A stretch of 63,959 nt of DNA, the filler included, from Conidiobolus incongruus B7586 (lineage: Eukaryota), in assembly GCA_000697335.1 (NCBI GenBank). It is 9 parts of 9 records of this genome, joined end to end, with 100 filler letters (N's around TTAATTAATTAA, not from the genome) between each part and the next. Parts side by side here need not be neighbours in the genome. Positions count along the whole stretch, not along the records: positions 35,354 to 52,998 come from JNEM01007060.1; positions 53,099 to 55,442 come from JNEM01007063.1; 7 more parts are not named here. One strand, written 5' to 3'. A model generated the notes under the pieces. It did no database searches, was not told the DNA's origin, and saw only the letters and a program-made list of their open reading frames with translations. Below are positions 39,943 to 53,525 of the stretch, in pieces (within the stretch, counting starts at the first letter, position 1; each line of letters opens with the position of its first letter). Position numbers and translations under genes: made by a program.

Positions 39943-40536
39943 TTAAACTAAACGTCTATTATCGAAAAATTTCTTAATTTGAGTGATTTGCCAAATACAA
40001 ACAGCACCCAATAAAACAGATTGGAAGACTGCCCACCAGAAAATTCTCTTGGAAATGGACTTGTTGGATCTATCAATTTTGAAGCTTCGAACAGCTAAAG
40101 TCTCTCTAATATTATACAACTGATCGACTAAACCTTCTAATTTATAGAATTCTTCATCAAACTTAGTAGCATCGACCGATGTATCAGCTGACCAAGCATT
40201 GGAGTTGTCGGTATAAGAGTGGGGATAGAGAGAAATGAGCTTAGTATCGGGTCCGTTGGTAAAGCAATATTTATGGACACCAGCCTCAGTAGCATTATAA
40301 TGGTAATAACCTTCAGTTTTTCCATTGTCTCTCTGTAACACATTGTTGTAGGAATCTTTCATTTCAAAATCAACCTTCTGATCACCACCTTCAATAATTG
40401 AAAAAGATATCAAAAACACTTCATGCTTTTGTAATTTGTGGGAATAGCAATCGGTAGTATAAGGTTTAATGTAGACTTTAAAAGCTTCGATTAAAAATAT
40501 TTGAGCTAAAAGAGCTAAAAATAAATTAATTCTCAT
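39943..40536 (-). CDS. p24/EMP24/gp25L family cargo receptor (GOLD domain)
   Basis: Likely ATG at 40536 (MRINLF..., signal peptide). GOLD cysteines DCY and YCFTN, a coiled coil, a TM segment, and tail IKKFFDNRRLV (Emp24-like). Confidence 0.9.
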   Translation of the reverse strand: MRINLFLALLAQIFLIEAFKVYIKPYTTDCYSHKLQKHEVFLISFSIIEGGDQKVDFEMKDSYNNVLQRDNGKTEGYYHYNATEAGVHKYCFTNGPDTKLISLYPHSYTDNSNAWSADTSVDATKFDEEFYKLEGLVDQLYNIRETLAVRSFKIDRSNKSISKRIFWWAVFQSVLLGAVCIWQITQIKKFFDNRRLV

Positions 40537-40766
40537 ATCGTGAATTGATTCAATGAATAAACTTATTAACAGTCTATTCAATGATTCATTTGGTGATATT
40601 TAAATAGATCAAATAATATTAATTATGGGTTAACGTATTGTTGAAATATAATTTGTCCAAGTAAAATATATTACGAAAATAGAATTGATTGGATGATTGA
40701 AATGGATATTAGATTTAGAGAGAAAAAAGAGAAATAGTTAAGTGTCTGTGTAATGTAGAATAAAAA

Positions 40767-40839
40767 CGATTTAATCAGGAATCGAACATAGGATCTCTTG
40801 ATCTGTAGTCAATCGCCTCAACCATTTGTCTATTATATT
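40767..40839 (-). pseudogene. tRNA-Cys-like pseudogene (anticodon now ACA)
   Basis: Minus strand: AATATAA-TA-GACAAATGGTTGAGGC-G-ATTGA-CTACAGA-TCAAG-AGATC-CTATG-TTCGATT-CCTGA-TTAAATC-G, then TTTTT. The anticodon arm resembles eukaryotic tRNA-Cys (TTGACTGCAGATCAAGAGGTC). The stems are mispaired. Confidence 0.7.
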
Positions 40840-41903
40840 TTAAAAATATTCTTCGAAACATATATTAGACAATTAAAATCAAGGAGGATAAAAAGTTAAT
40901 CAATATATACTATCAAATACAAATTATTAAAATTCATATCTTCACCATTTTATTCAATGCAATGTTCTAATTTATAGGTCTTAATCATTCAATAGATAAT
41001 GATTCAATTCAAATAGACTAAAAAAATAAAAAAATGAAAAATATATAACAGAAATTAAAGTTGATTTATAAACTTTATTTTGTTTTTTTTTCAGTTCACT
41101 TCAGGTTTATAGCTTATAATCATTTAAGATCATTTTCGCCTTTAACTCATCACAAGTGTACTGAATAATGATAATCTATAAAATATCTAAAAGATTATTA
41201 GTATGAAAATATATGTAACGATTTTAATATATATTTACATATATTCACATATCATATCTCTGCTCATCTATTCATCATTTTTCATATGTTTAAAATTAAA
41301 CTTGATCATTCAAAATAAAAAAATATTTTAATCAATCAAGTTAAATTTCAATAATTAGATCTATGAAATCAGAATTATGTTCCTCAATAGTGCAAATTGT
41401 ATAATCATTGTAAATATTTTATATATAACTTCTCTAAATAATATTATATACTCAATTATTTTGTATAATTTTTATGGGATAACAATTTTTCATTCTTTGT
41501 GACTTACGAAAAAATCAATTAAATAATATTCAATATATGTTAATATAATAAAAATAATAGAATCAGATAGTCTTATTTTATATCCTTTTGTTATATTAAA
41601 TATAATTTATTAATCTGTAAATGTCATTTAATTATAAATTATAAATTATATTATAAATTCTTATTTTTCATGTTTCTATATTGAAAAAAATATGTGACTT
41701 TTGAATAATCCCATTAAATTTTAAAAACGTAATAATTTTTTTAAATATTACATTGCTTTAAAATTTAATCGAGCAACATCCATAATTTACTATTTGAAAT
41801 CTTTAATATATAAAATTGAACAAATCAATATATCTAACATATAAAAATCTATTGAATAATTATAAAATTCTATTACATTATTGATTAATAAATTTCATCG
41901 ATA

Positions 41904-44900
41904 ATGTTTCAAAAAAATTTAACAGATTTAATTAGAGGCATTCGTTCTCATAAAAATAATCCTGAAAAGTATATTTTACAACAGTTAGAAGACCTGAGAA
42001 ATGAATTGAAGAGTACTGATCTTAATGTCAAGACTATTGCCCTATCAAAATTGAATTATGTAAGTTACATTCATAGACTGCTTGAGAGATTATTTTTATT
42101 ACAAATTTACCCTTTTAACACACGGAATTTACTTTATTAGCTCTTTCTTTAACATTATTTGTATATTTATATACCTTAATTTTCATCTTCTCTATATCGA
42201 CGTTTTATAAAACTTTATTCCAAATAAATAATTTCATCCATATCTGCTGAGATAATTGATTTCTATTCTTCATCTACAATATTATTACAATTTAAAACCT
42301 ATTACTAATCTTTAATTTATAGTTACAAATGTTTGGACACCAAACTCATTGGGCGAGTTTTCACATTGTAGAAGTAATGGCCTCTCCTAATTTATCTCAA
42401 AAGCGCATAGGATACCTTACTGCATCTTGTACTTTTAGACAAGACACCGAAGTATTGATGCTCACTATGAATTTGGTCAAAAAGGTAAATTCAAAGGGAA
42501 TTTTGGAACATTTTAATATTAATTTGTTTAATAATAGGATTTATTAGCACCTAATCCATTTGAAGTGGGTATTGCTTTAGGAGGTTTAGCTCAATTTATG
42601 ACCCCTGATCTTGCTCAATTTTTGGTCCAAGATCTGCTCACTTTACTCAATCACAGTCGGCCCTACGTAAGAAAGCGAGCAGTCCTTACTCTCTATCCAT
42701 TGTTTTTAAAATTTCCTCAAGGTTTAAGACTAGGATTTCCCAGACTCAAGGAAAAACTAGAAGATAGCGATCATTCAGTTGTATCCAGCGCTGTCAATGT
42801 TATATGTGAACTAGCTAGGAAGAACCCAGAAAACTTTCTTGGTTTAGCTCCTCAATTTTATCACTTATTGACAACCAGTGGCAACAACTGGATGATCATT
42901 AAAGTAGTCAAGCTATTGGGAGCTTTGACTCCTTTAGAGCCTAGGCTTGCTAAGAAACTCATGGTGCCATTAAGAAACTTGATCGAAACTACCCCCGCCA
43001 TGTCCTTGCTCTACGAGTGTATTCACACTGTAATTTCAGGTGGCCTTCTTCATCCTAGTCTTGGTGACGCTGCCAGAGAACTTGCCAATTTATGTTCCGT
43101 CAGGTTGAAGCTCTTCTTAGAAGATCGCGATCAAAATTTGAAATACATCGGGCTAGTCGCACTTGAAGGATTGTTGTCATTATATCCGGAACTTTCAAGA
43201 GATCACCACTCCTTAGTGATTGCATGCTTAGATGATTTTGATTATTCCGTAAGAGTTCGTGCTTTATCTTTAGTTAAAGTAATGGGAAGAAGAGATTATT
43301 TGGTCGAAGTTTTCAAGCGATTGATGAATCAATTGGGCGATGTACAGGTTCATGAGACTACCACAGTTTCCACTCCAAATACCGAAGAACTTGGTTTTGT
43401 TATGACTGACAATTACAGAAAAATGGTTGTAGACTCTATTTTAGCTATGGGTGCCAAAGATACCTATAATAACATTCCGAATTTTGAATGGTATTTGGCT
43501 GTTTTAGTCGATTTGACTTATTTGGCCGGGGTTGATGTAGGAGATCAGCTTAGCTATCAATTCTTAGATGTTTCTGTTCGCGTTAAGTCTGTAAGATCCC
43601 ATGCTGTTAGATTTGCTACTCGACTTCTCCAAGATACTTCGCTTCTTGAAAAAATCGATTCCCCTGCTACCAACATCAAAATTCTATTTGCCGCTGCTTG
43701 GGTTTGTGGTGAATATAATGAGCATCTTATGAACCCTGAAGTCATTTTAACTTATTTATTCCGCCCTCAGACTCCAAGACTTCCATTCGATGTTCAATCT
43801 GCATATCTTCAAGCTTCTCTCAAGATTTACTATAGATTTGCCACTCAGTTAGATTGGTCTTCTTCCGATGCATCTTTCAACGAATTCCAAAAAGTGACTA
43901 ATAATCTTCTGAAGTCGCTTGAGCCATTGACCACCTCAATTGATGTTGAAGTTCAAGAACGTGCCTGTAACTTGGTTGAAATCTTAAAGGTGATTCAATT
44001 CTATATTGCTCAAAACCCCAATATGGCAGATAAATTCTTAGGAGAGCTCGCTTCTCTCTTCCAAACATACGAACTCAATGCTGTTGCTCCTAAGGCTCAG
44101 AGTAAAGTTCCTACCCCTGAGGATTTGGATTTAGACTCCTGGATCCACTCTCCTCCTCCCAAGCCCAAAATTAAATCTACCAATGCATTTGCAAAGCCTG
44201 AGACCGAGAAAGATACCAAAATATATCATTCAGAAACTACGCCCATTGCTAAATCTTCTGAAAACCCAGAAGAAGCGAAAAAACGTCAACTCTTGAGGAA
44301 GAAGAGAATTCAAAACGATCCCTTCTACATTGATGACAGAACCTATTTCGATGACCGCGATGATGACGATAAGCTCTTGCCTGATGTTGATTCTATCCCC
44401 ATTGTTAAGCTTTCTGAGGAAGATATACATGTAACTTCCCATGGAAGAAGACTCGAATCCAGCTTAATCTACCAAACCAATGACACTTCTACTAAATCCA
44501 AAAAGAAGGGTAAGAAGTTTAAGGAGCCCAAAGTCGAAATTGATCAAGGAGAAATGCCCGATGGTGCTCTTGAATCTGATGGAGAAAATAGTAGATCCAA
44601 GCTCAAATTGAAGAAATCAAACGATAAGCCTGTTGTCAAAGATCTTCTCGACATTGATACTAGCTCATTGGGTAAAGTTGATTTAACCACTCCCTTGCAA
44701 GAAGATGAGAAACTTCCGCAAATACAAGCATATTTGACCCCTGACCAGTTGAGACAACAACAGGAAGCTCTATATAGGGAGCAACAAAAGCCTTCTAAAT
44801 CTAAAAAAGAGGACAAAGGTAAAGAAAAGAAAAAGAAAAAGAAGAAAGTCAAAGGGACCGATAAACAGCCATCCGGTTCTGGATCAATTGACTTGAATGA

Positions 44901-46032
44901 CCTTGATCCTATCATGTCTTCCGAAAAGAAAACCAGAAAGAAAAAATCTAAGCGCGTCGAATCAGATATTAGTCCATCTCAAGACAAGCGAGAAGAAATC
45001 AAGGCATTTGCAGACCCTCAATTGATTGAAGTCACTAATGCAGTTGTTGGCACACCCCAATTAGAAGGGACAATGCTTACTCCCCCTACATCTAGCCCCA
45101 TTCTCGATGCCCAATCCAATCGCAAAAAATTAGTACTACCATTCGAAATCAAACACATGCCTTCTACCATGCAAGCAGTTAATACTGATAATATTAAGGT
45201 AGAAGTTCATTTTGAGACTGGACAGAGTGGCTCCAATTACGAGCTTTTCCAATCCTATCCATCTGCTCCTTCTCCCACATTGATTACCAAGTTCAACCTG
45301 AAAAATACCAACCAAGGTGATGATTTGAACGACATTGAACTCGACTTTTTAGAAACTCCAGATATCAAGGTCCAAGGATTGAATACTTGGAACCTTCTCA
45401 AAGTTGATGGTGATATCCCGGTCGGTCATACAAAGCAAGTGGATGTCCAGCTTGTCCCTGTGGATCCTGAGCTAATATCCAATTTCAATCTCAATGGCTC
45501 CATATCTTATACTTGTTACCCCAGTGGTATTCGTAACAATCATCAGTTCAATCTGAACATTCCAATCCGATCTTGGTTTATTTCTCCCAACGATCTTGGC
45601 TCAATCTCTCCTGAGGAATTTGAGCAATTGGTTCAAGAAGGCACATTGAATCAATCAGATGTCCTAGTCTTTGAATTGGGTGAAGCTATTTCACTCAATA
45701 GGGACTATGATTATCAATCATGGTTCAACACATGGCTCCCCAAATTGACCAACGATTGGCTTAAGTTCCAAATCGTCCAGCAGATTGAAGGCCATGCAGC
45801 GACCATATTAGGTGAGACCGTAAGGGGAGACAAAGTCGTAGCGATGGTCAAACAGGTCGTCAATATAGCCGATACAAATTCCCAGAGCCTGTTAGATTCC
45901 CCCACTCCTGGTGACTCGAGTGTTGATGTTAAAATCAAAATCGAATTCAAGGGCCAAAATAGAGAATTGGTCAGAGCTCTTTCCAGAGAAGCTCGTTCAT
46001 TTTTTGAATGGTGGTTCCATCCAATAGAATAA
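41904..46032 (+). CDS. APL5: AP-3 adaptor complex delta subunit, 3 exons (introns 42060-42322, 42485-42537)
   Basis: MFQKNLTDLIRGIR, ASFHIVEVM, KRIGYL, HSRPYVRKRA, NNWMIIK, TTPAMSLLYECI, DQNLKYIGL, NFEWYL, DVEVQERA, ELNAVAPKAQ. A charged hinge and ear domain follow. Confidence 0.96.
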
Positions 46033-46639
46033 GCTCATTTTCTTATTATTACTTTGCTTAAACTTAGTAAATCTTATTTTATCATTATTAATATAATTTT
46101 AATCAGATTTTGTGATTTTCTAAGATATATTAATTTTATTAAAGGATTGTAAAATGATTCTAATATTGTTATTATTATGGATCTATTAGAAATTTTCATT
46201 TAATTAATAAACTATTTAAAAAAAATTTGATATTGGAATTCAAAAATCCTTAAATTTAAATTATTACCTAAACAATTTTATTATTATTTTAAATATATTG
46301 AGCTGATAATTTTAAATTTTACAAGACATCCAAAAATATTTACAATCTAAATTATTATTTAATTATATAAATAAAAGCTTTAGTGGTGTGTCATTAGTTT
46401 AATGAAAACCTGATATTTATAATCAAGCTATTTAAATTCAAAATCATATTTTCGAGTGATTAAAATAAATTTATTCTAGTACTAATTTTTATAATCAGCA
46501 TGAGTATTTTAGTTTTATATAAAATATAATTTGAAAATGGATAGGCTTGAAATTAATTACAATATTTATTATATTGAAATAAATAAACTATAAATTTAGA
46601 ATGCAATGAGGAATGTATTAAATAATACAAAGAGACTAA

Positions 46640-49600
46640 TTAATGGAAAGTTGATTTTTTAAGCTGTCGTCGACGCTTGACGATGTGAAGGAAGGAAGGA
46701 TCTGATTCTGGGTCATCTAAATTATCGATCACCTCGCCTAACTTCTGAGGTTCGTTCTCAAGATGTAGTGGCCTTTTCTCAGTTTGTGGATTAGGAGTTT
46801 TAATATCGGAATTACTGAGGAGTGAATCGCCTTTAGAAATCATCTGGAATAAATCTATATCTTGAACGTTTCTTAAATCAATGTTAAGTTGCTGTAAAAG
46901 CTCAGTCCTACATATTCACAACAATTAAAAGGGATAAAATAATCTAGTTATCATAAGCGACTTACTTGATATCTCCAGATATTTTTGTAGCACTGACATT
47001 ACACTGACCTTTAGGAAAATTTAGAATATGATCAACAGTTAACTTGCTTGTGATTAAAATTTTTTTCGGTTGTTGAATTTTAGTATAATGAGATAATACA
47101 ATGCTAAATTGCAGGAAGAAAATCGGAAATGTGGAAAGGGTAGCATAGTATGATGATGGATAAAATTCCAATTCAACAACAGGACTTAATCTTGGAGATG
47201 AAATAGTCTCTAATATTAAGTGAAACTTTTTCCAGAGTGTACTAATAAAATTCAGAGCCTAAATCAAAGTTAGTGATAATAAATTATATTATAAAATTCA
47301 GTATACCTCTTTTAGCTTCATATCGTTTTGGTGCACTTTTATATAAGATTCAACTCGAGAGAGAAAATGATTCAGCTAGAGGAATAAGGTAAGGAATGTA
47401 TAATATGAAGCAAACATATGGATTTACCATATATTCCTCTTTTTCGGTTTCAAAATCAATTAATTGGAGCTTTAGAGTCTGAAAATTTATGTGACCATTA
47501 GAAGGATTCTGCAAAGTAATTTCTACTTGATTGTCCAACAAGAACACTAATGCATCTTTGGTTATTTCAACTGGTTCAATCAACGTTTCTGAAACCAATT
47601 CCTTAAATTGAGCTAATAAAAATTGTATTAATAAGTTGACTTAAATTATTACATTATCAGATATACCTTTAAGATTCAAATATTCATCATTATAAAATAT
47701 ATAAGGATGAGATACAGGTTGAATATTAGAAATTTCCTAAGAAAAAAAATATTAGAGAATGCTTAATATAAAACATAGAAACCTCACATTTTCAAGTACT
47801 TGTTCTTCTTTTTCGAGTTCTAGCAATTCCTTATTCAAAGCTTCGATAGATTCATTGATTTCATTGTTTTGGTTTAGAAGGGTAGACGCTTGAGAACTAA
47901 TATCAAATGAGAATAAATTGAATAAACTGAATAGATATAATAAATACCTGTAGTTTTGAATAGCATTTTGCGCTTCTTCAATTTTTAATTGGTAAGCTTT
48001 AGCCTCATTAAAATATCTAATATATTGAATTAAGCTCAAGTAATTAAAATTTAATTTAAAATTTACTCTTTCTCTATTCCTTTGAAGTATTGATTCAATT
48101 CATTGAAGTGTGCTCTTAATTTTTCATCTTTTTGAGAAATTATAAAGGAATAATCATCTAAATTTCTTATTTCCTATTCATAATAAATCTTAAATGATTC
48201 ACATATTGATAATATTGGATAAACTTACTTTGTCTAATGTAGGTATTAAACTTAACAGTTTGGACTCGTGCTGCTTTAAGCTATCTTCCATTAACTTAAT
48301 AAACTCACCAAGTTGACTGTTTTGAATTTTTTGATAATTGGCGCGAACTGATCTTTCTAATTTTGGCCTATCCTTCTCAAGCATATCGATATAATCTTGT
48401 ATAATAATTGATCCAGTAGTCTTCACGTTGTCTTCAAACACTTGATTTAAAGATGAAGCATGCTCAACTTGGGATTCCAGAGTTTGGCACATGGATTCAT
48501 AAAATTGAGCTCGACTATTATTCAAGCTTGAGATGATATATTGGGCCAATGAAGTGGTTGGGGTTGGATGATCAGTTGAGTCAGCTTCTTCAATACTATT
48601 TAGTCGAGCATCCTTGTTAACATCAAGACCCACAGACTCAAAAAACTGTTCTAATGTCAGTTGGGGCATATGATTCTTGTCTAATAGTTTCTCTAGCTCA
48701 TCAATAGAATTCCCAGATTCAGCTAGAAAACTCTCAGCCTGTAGATCGTCCAATGGATGCTCTGATGTAAAACGTAAAATCGAGGATATACTTGTATCTT
48801 GGGACATAGTTTCTAGATCTAAATTAAGTTAATTATACAGATGGGCGAATCAATGGTAGTTAATGAATTACTCTCTGAATTAGGAGATTCATGCAAATCG
48901 TCGTATTTAAGTTTTGAAGGCGTGGATTTGGAAGATGCTATGTTTTCAACTTGAAGCTTGGAGCGATTAGGTGAATCAATTTGAAGGGATTTAGAAGACA
49001 GGTCCAATTCATTAGTTGATTTAAGTGCAGTATTTGGTTCATTGCTATTTTGGTTACGATGAGGAGAGATATGGCTTATTCGGAGATCTTTATGGGCTGA
49101 AGACTGGTCCACTTGATTCGATTTACCATAAGGAGACATTGAATTTTGCTTGGCATCTTTATTGGCTAAAGACTGATCACCTTGATTTGGGTTATGATTA
49201 GGAGATACAAAATTTTGCTGTGTAACTCGATGGGTTGAGGGCTGATCTACTTGATTGCTGTGGTTAAACTCATCCTCTGAACTTTTAACATTGGCTCCAA
49301 AGTCAAAGCCCAGTCTCGATATACCTCTCGGAATATTAGCATCACCAATACTCATGTCCTGTGTAATTGGATTAAACATTCCAAAAGAGATTCTGGGGCC
49401 AGTCTGTATATCATTAAAGCTATAAGTAGATGGTGGCTCTGACAAGGTATTTGGCAAAGTCGAAGGTAGATCTTGGCTATTTGTTTGCTTATCATCTTTG
49501 GTTATTGAAATTTCAGAATTAGTATCTAGTATTGCTAAAGAAAGAGAATTTTCGGATTTTGAGCTTTGGGTATCAGCTACAAATCCTTGAGAAAGATCAT

Positions 49601-51742
49601 TGGTGGATTCCAACGACATACTCTGATCATCACCTATATTACTGATACTTACTTGAGATTCGCCAATACGCAAATCATTGATAGTTGAATTTAAAGGTTG
49701 AGAAACATCGTTATTGTAAATAGACACAAAGGGCTGAGATTGGTTGAATGTTATAGACAATCGAGTATTTGGGCGTGGCTGGCCAAATGGGATTGTATTG
49801 TCTAAATTCTCCATGTGATGATCATCAGGTTGAACTATTCCAGAAGGTGCAGTTGACTGAGATTGATCATAGATAGAATTAGAAATCACCATTGAAGACT
49901 CATTTGATTTTTGGCTATTATTTTGGAGATAAAAGCTCGAGAGTTGAGTAAGATCCATTGGAGCAGATATTCTTCTATTAAATGATATACTTTTTTGAGA
50001 TCCCTTGAAGAAACTTGAGTTACCAGTAATATCCATAGGAACCGATCCCCTTCTGTTAATTTCCTCATCTTCAATTTGATTGAATTCATGTTTATCAACT
50101 TGATGAGTAGCGGAGGGGTTTCCATTATAGAAATCGCTGTTTAAAGTCAAATCCTGTGGGAGAGATAGACCATTATCTTCAATCAAGCTGGAATCTGTAG
50201 ATAGCTGCTTATTTGGCTGATGTTGATTTTCAAAGTTTTCGCTATAATCTGCTTCTATTTGAGGTGAGACAAATAACTTATTATCTATAAAATCGAGAGG
50301 AAAAATTCAAAAATTAAAGAATGCCAATAGCCAATAAAGAGTTAGTACTACCTTTTACATTGCTATTAGAGTTGGAAAATGCTGAGAAAGAACATGAGTA
50401 TTTTAGATTCAACATATTAGTTTAGAATTTACCTTGATCTGAATTTTGACTGATGTCCATCATATGTGAGGATGTTTCCATGATGTTAACAATTGTTACA
50501 TTTTCTCCTTGGTATTGAGAATCAGAAGGCTCTATCAAGTGAGTCAACTTTGATGAGTCTATATTTTGACATTAGAAATAATATTCATTGAAGGTGTAAT
50601 AATCAAAATTTGAGTTGTTACACTAACCATTGATTTGATCCTGTGTTACATTATTATCAATAAAAGATTGTGATTCAGATAAGTTATGATTCGAGGTATC
50701 TACATAAAGCAATTAATATATTAAAGATATAACGGGTAACTAAGTATTACCCTTACGAGTCTCAGAAAGATCATTAGTTGGATTGCTGGTTGCTTCAGAA
50801 ACCAAAACATGCATATTTTTAGAATCACTCTCTAATAAATCTGATTGATATAGTTTACACTAAATATTAGATCATGTAATATAATATACCTTGTTGCTCA
50901 CTTGGTTCATGTTTCTCATAGAAATTATCGTAAACAAGATCAAGCTCTTTTTTAAGACTCTTGTCATATAATGGGCGCTGGTCTATTTGATTTGTATCAT
51001 CAATAAGTGCTTCACTTGCAATAGAAAGTTGAGAAATTTCAGATCCAAATAACTCAAAATCCTTCTGTGTGGGACGTCCAGGGTTCTTTAATCTTTTTTC
51101 TAAGTCGCCGTTTGATAAAATACTAAGATTTGGCGGAGTTTTACGTGCCGATATAATCTTTTCCTCATAACCAGTATCGCCAATGTATGAAAATCCTCTA
51201 AAATTATGTAAATAAAATATTAGTATAATAAAAATAACTATTACCTTTTATTTGAGCTAATTCTGTTAAAATCAGGGGATCTAAAAGTATTTGAATTACT
51301 TTGTTGTGATCTAAATTCAAAAATTGTAAATTTCAAGTTAAATTTAAATAATAAAAACAATACTGCTTGGATTCTACTTGTGTGTGAGATTTTCCAATAT
51401 TATTCTTATTAGGTGAGAATAAATCATTCGATAACAAGTTTCTAGTATCTGGTGAAAGAGACCTATATAAATCCAAATTATTAGGCCATATTAAATAATC
51501 GAATCAAATAAATACCCTCTAGTTCTGTCAATTAAGTGACGTGAATCAGCTCTAAATATATAAATTAAATACATAATTTAAACTTAATAAAGTAAAGGCA
51601 TACTCTTCTTCAGATCCGTATTGTGTTGTAGAATAATAGATCTAAATTTGATTATTTTAAAAATGAAATATGAAAAGAATATAAACAATACCTTTGTCTG
51701 ATTATTATTGTTGCTGGTTTGATTATGTGAATTAGATGACAT
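46640..51742 (-). CDS. Kinetochore scaffold Spc7/Spc105/KNL1-like, many exons (boundaries approximate)
   Basis: Long S/N/Q-rich disordered region with MELT-like MDIT and MDLT. The block LTLEQFFESVGL...SLAQYI...QFYESMCQTLESQV...IIQDY resembles the Spc7 domain. A coiled coil and a likely RWD-like C-terminus follow. Probable ATG at 51742. Confidence 0.72.
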
Positions 51743-52609
51743 GATTATATGTTTTGATTTTATAATTTACAAAGTCATTACAAGATTAAGAATAATTATG
51801 ATTGATTTTATAACTCTTTGTTTAATAAGATTTTTAATATTTCCTTTTTTTAGACCAAATGTAGTAAAATCCAAAAATTTTCTCAAATCTTTAAATTATT
51901 AAATTTTTTTGATTCATTGAAAATTCATATTTTACCTGTATTTATTATTAATTTTTCATATTTCATGCTTTTACCATATGTATTTTTTATTACTGAACTT
52001 TAACTAAAATTAATTTTCAACTGAATAATATTTATATATTCATTTATTTTTTACCAATCTTAGATTTTGTTGATTGGCCAATTAAAAGGATTTATTAAGC
52101 GTCATATTTTAAACAGCTTCAATTTTTATTGGTAGGTTGAAATTTGAAATTAAGGAGAATAAAGATTGATAATGAAGCAAGAGATAAATGATAAAAGTAA
52201 TTTCACTTATCTATTTGAAAAAAATTAATGAGTTTTACTTGAAAATACTATATGATTTGGTATCACTAATATGTAAACTTGAAATTCAATTAAAGAATTG
52301 TTATCCTCAAGCCTCAACATTTTTAATTTAAAAATCATGGTTATACAAGAATATCAATACACCCTAAATATTTAAAAATACCCTTTTCAAATGATTAACA
52401 ATAATCATACTTGTAAGATTTACATTTAAATTCATTCAATTCTATATTTTTAAAATTTTGAGGTAAATATACAAATCATCATTTATTTATAATATTTTCT
52501 CATTCAATTCAAATATTTTTAAATCCTCAATGTTATTCAAAAAATGATCAAATAAAACCAAATAATTGATAATATATATTGTAAATATTGCCCTATATAT
52601 ATATATATA

Positions 52610-52998
52610 TATTCTAAATCCATTTTAATAAATTTCTATATTATGAAAGAATATATAACTGGATTAATTAAATAGATTGCCATTATATTAAATACTAATA
52701 AAATAAATATATATAACAAATAATTATGATTATTGAAAAGTTTAAATTATTACCACAGAATTAAAAAAATAGGTAATTTTTTAATTTAATTAGGCTTAAA
52801 TAATAATCACCAAAAGTTTTTTATTTTAGTATTAGTAAATTTTAACCATAAGCTTATTAAAATTTTTGAAAATTTATAAAGAACCTTTAATTATAATGTT
52901 ATATTAAAATTAACTATTTCTTGTAAAATATATTACTTTATAACTATAAAAGAAATTATATCAAACCTATTATACTTTAAATACTAATTTTAACACTT
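52610..52998 (+). mobile_element. Mariner relic, 5' fragment, runs into gap (left edge approximate)
   Basis: 52780-52998 aligns with ~35515-35735 (AAAAGTTTTTTATTTTAGTATTAGTAAA). Confidence 0.65.
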
Positions 52999-53098
52999 NN
53001 NNNNNNNNNNNNNNNNNNNNNNNNNNNNNNNNNNNNNNNNNNTTAATTAATTAANNNNNNNNNNNNNNNNNNNNNNNNNNNNNNNNNNNNNNNNNNNN

Positions 53099-53525
53099 TG
53101 TATTGGGGTTTCGTGTTGACTGCTAGTTGATTGAACGACATTATCGTCGTCAATGTCCATGGCTGATGTATTATGCATATACGCGGGTATCAAGTTGAGG
53201 AAATTGATTTTGGTTAGTTAAAATATTGGCAGGCAATTAGATTCAAGGTGATTCAAGTTCTTGATGTTTTCAGCGTCGGTGTGAGGATCAAGTGTTCGCT
53301 GCTACCATATAACAGGGCAATGTATACAAGTTGTTTCAATGTGAACAGTGTGGGAAAAAGTCCTTGTTTATTTGGCAATGGTTCCCATTTTTATATGTAA
53401 AAGTTGGTGAGGGTTCAGAGGTAAAATTAGACAAGATAAGATCAAGTAGATAAAAGAGATAAGATAAGGTAAGCAGATATGATTGACAGTGTCACGATGA
53501 TGACAAAGTGATCTGATCTATGACA
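53099..53525 (-). mobile_element. 5' end of chromovirus family 2: LTR, PBS and probable gag start
   Basis: LTR 53308-53525. PBS TGGTAGCAGCG (53297-53307) abuts the LTR. A downstream frame MHNTSAMDIDDDNVVQST... runs into the gap. Confidence 0.9.

Noticed and set aside
48819..48838. Apparent 20-nt in-frame intron (gtataattaacttaatttag) in the KNL1-like gene
   Set aside because: An upstream GTAATT donor gives an in-frame 53-nt intron with the same acceptor, which fits the intron sizes of this genome.
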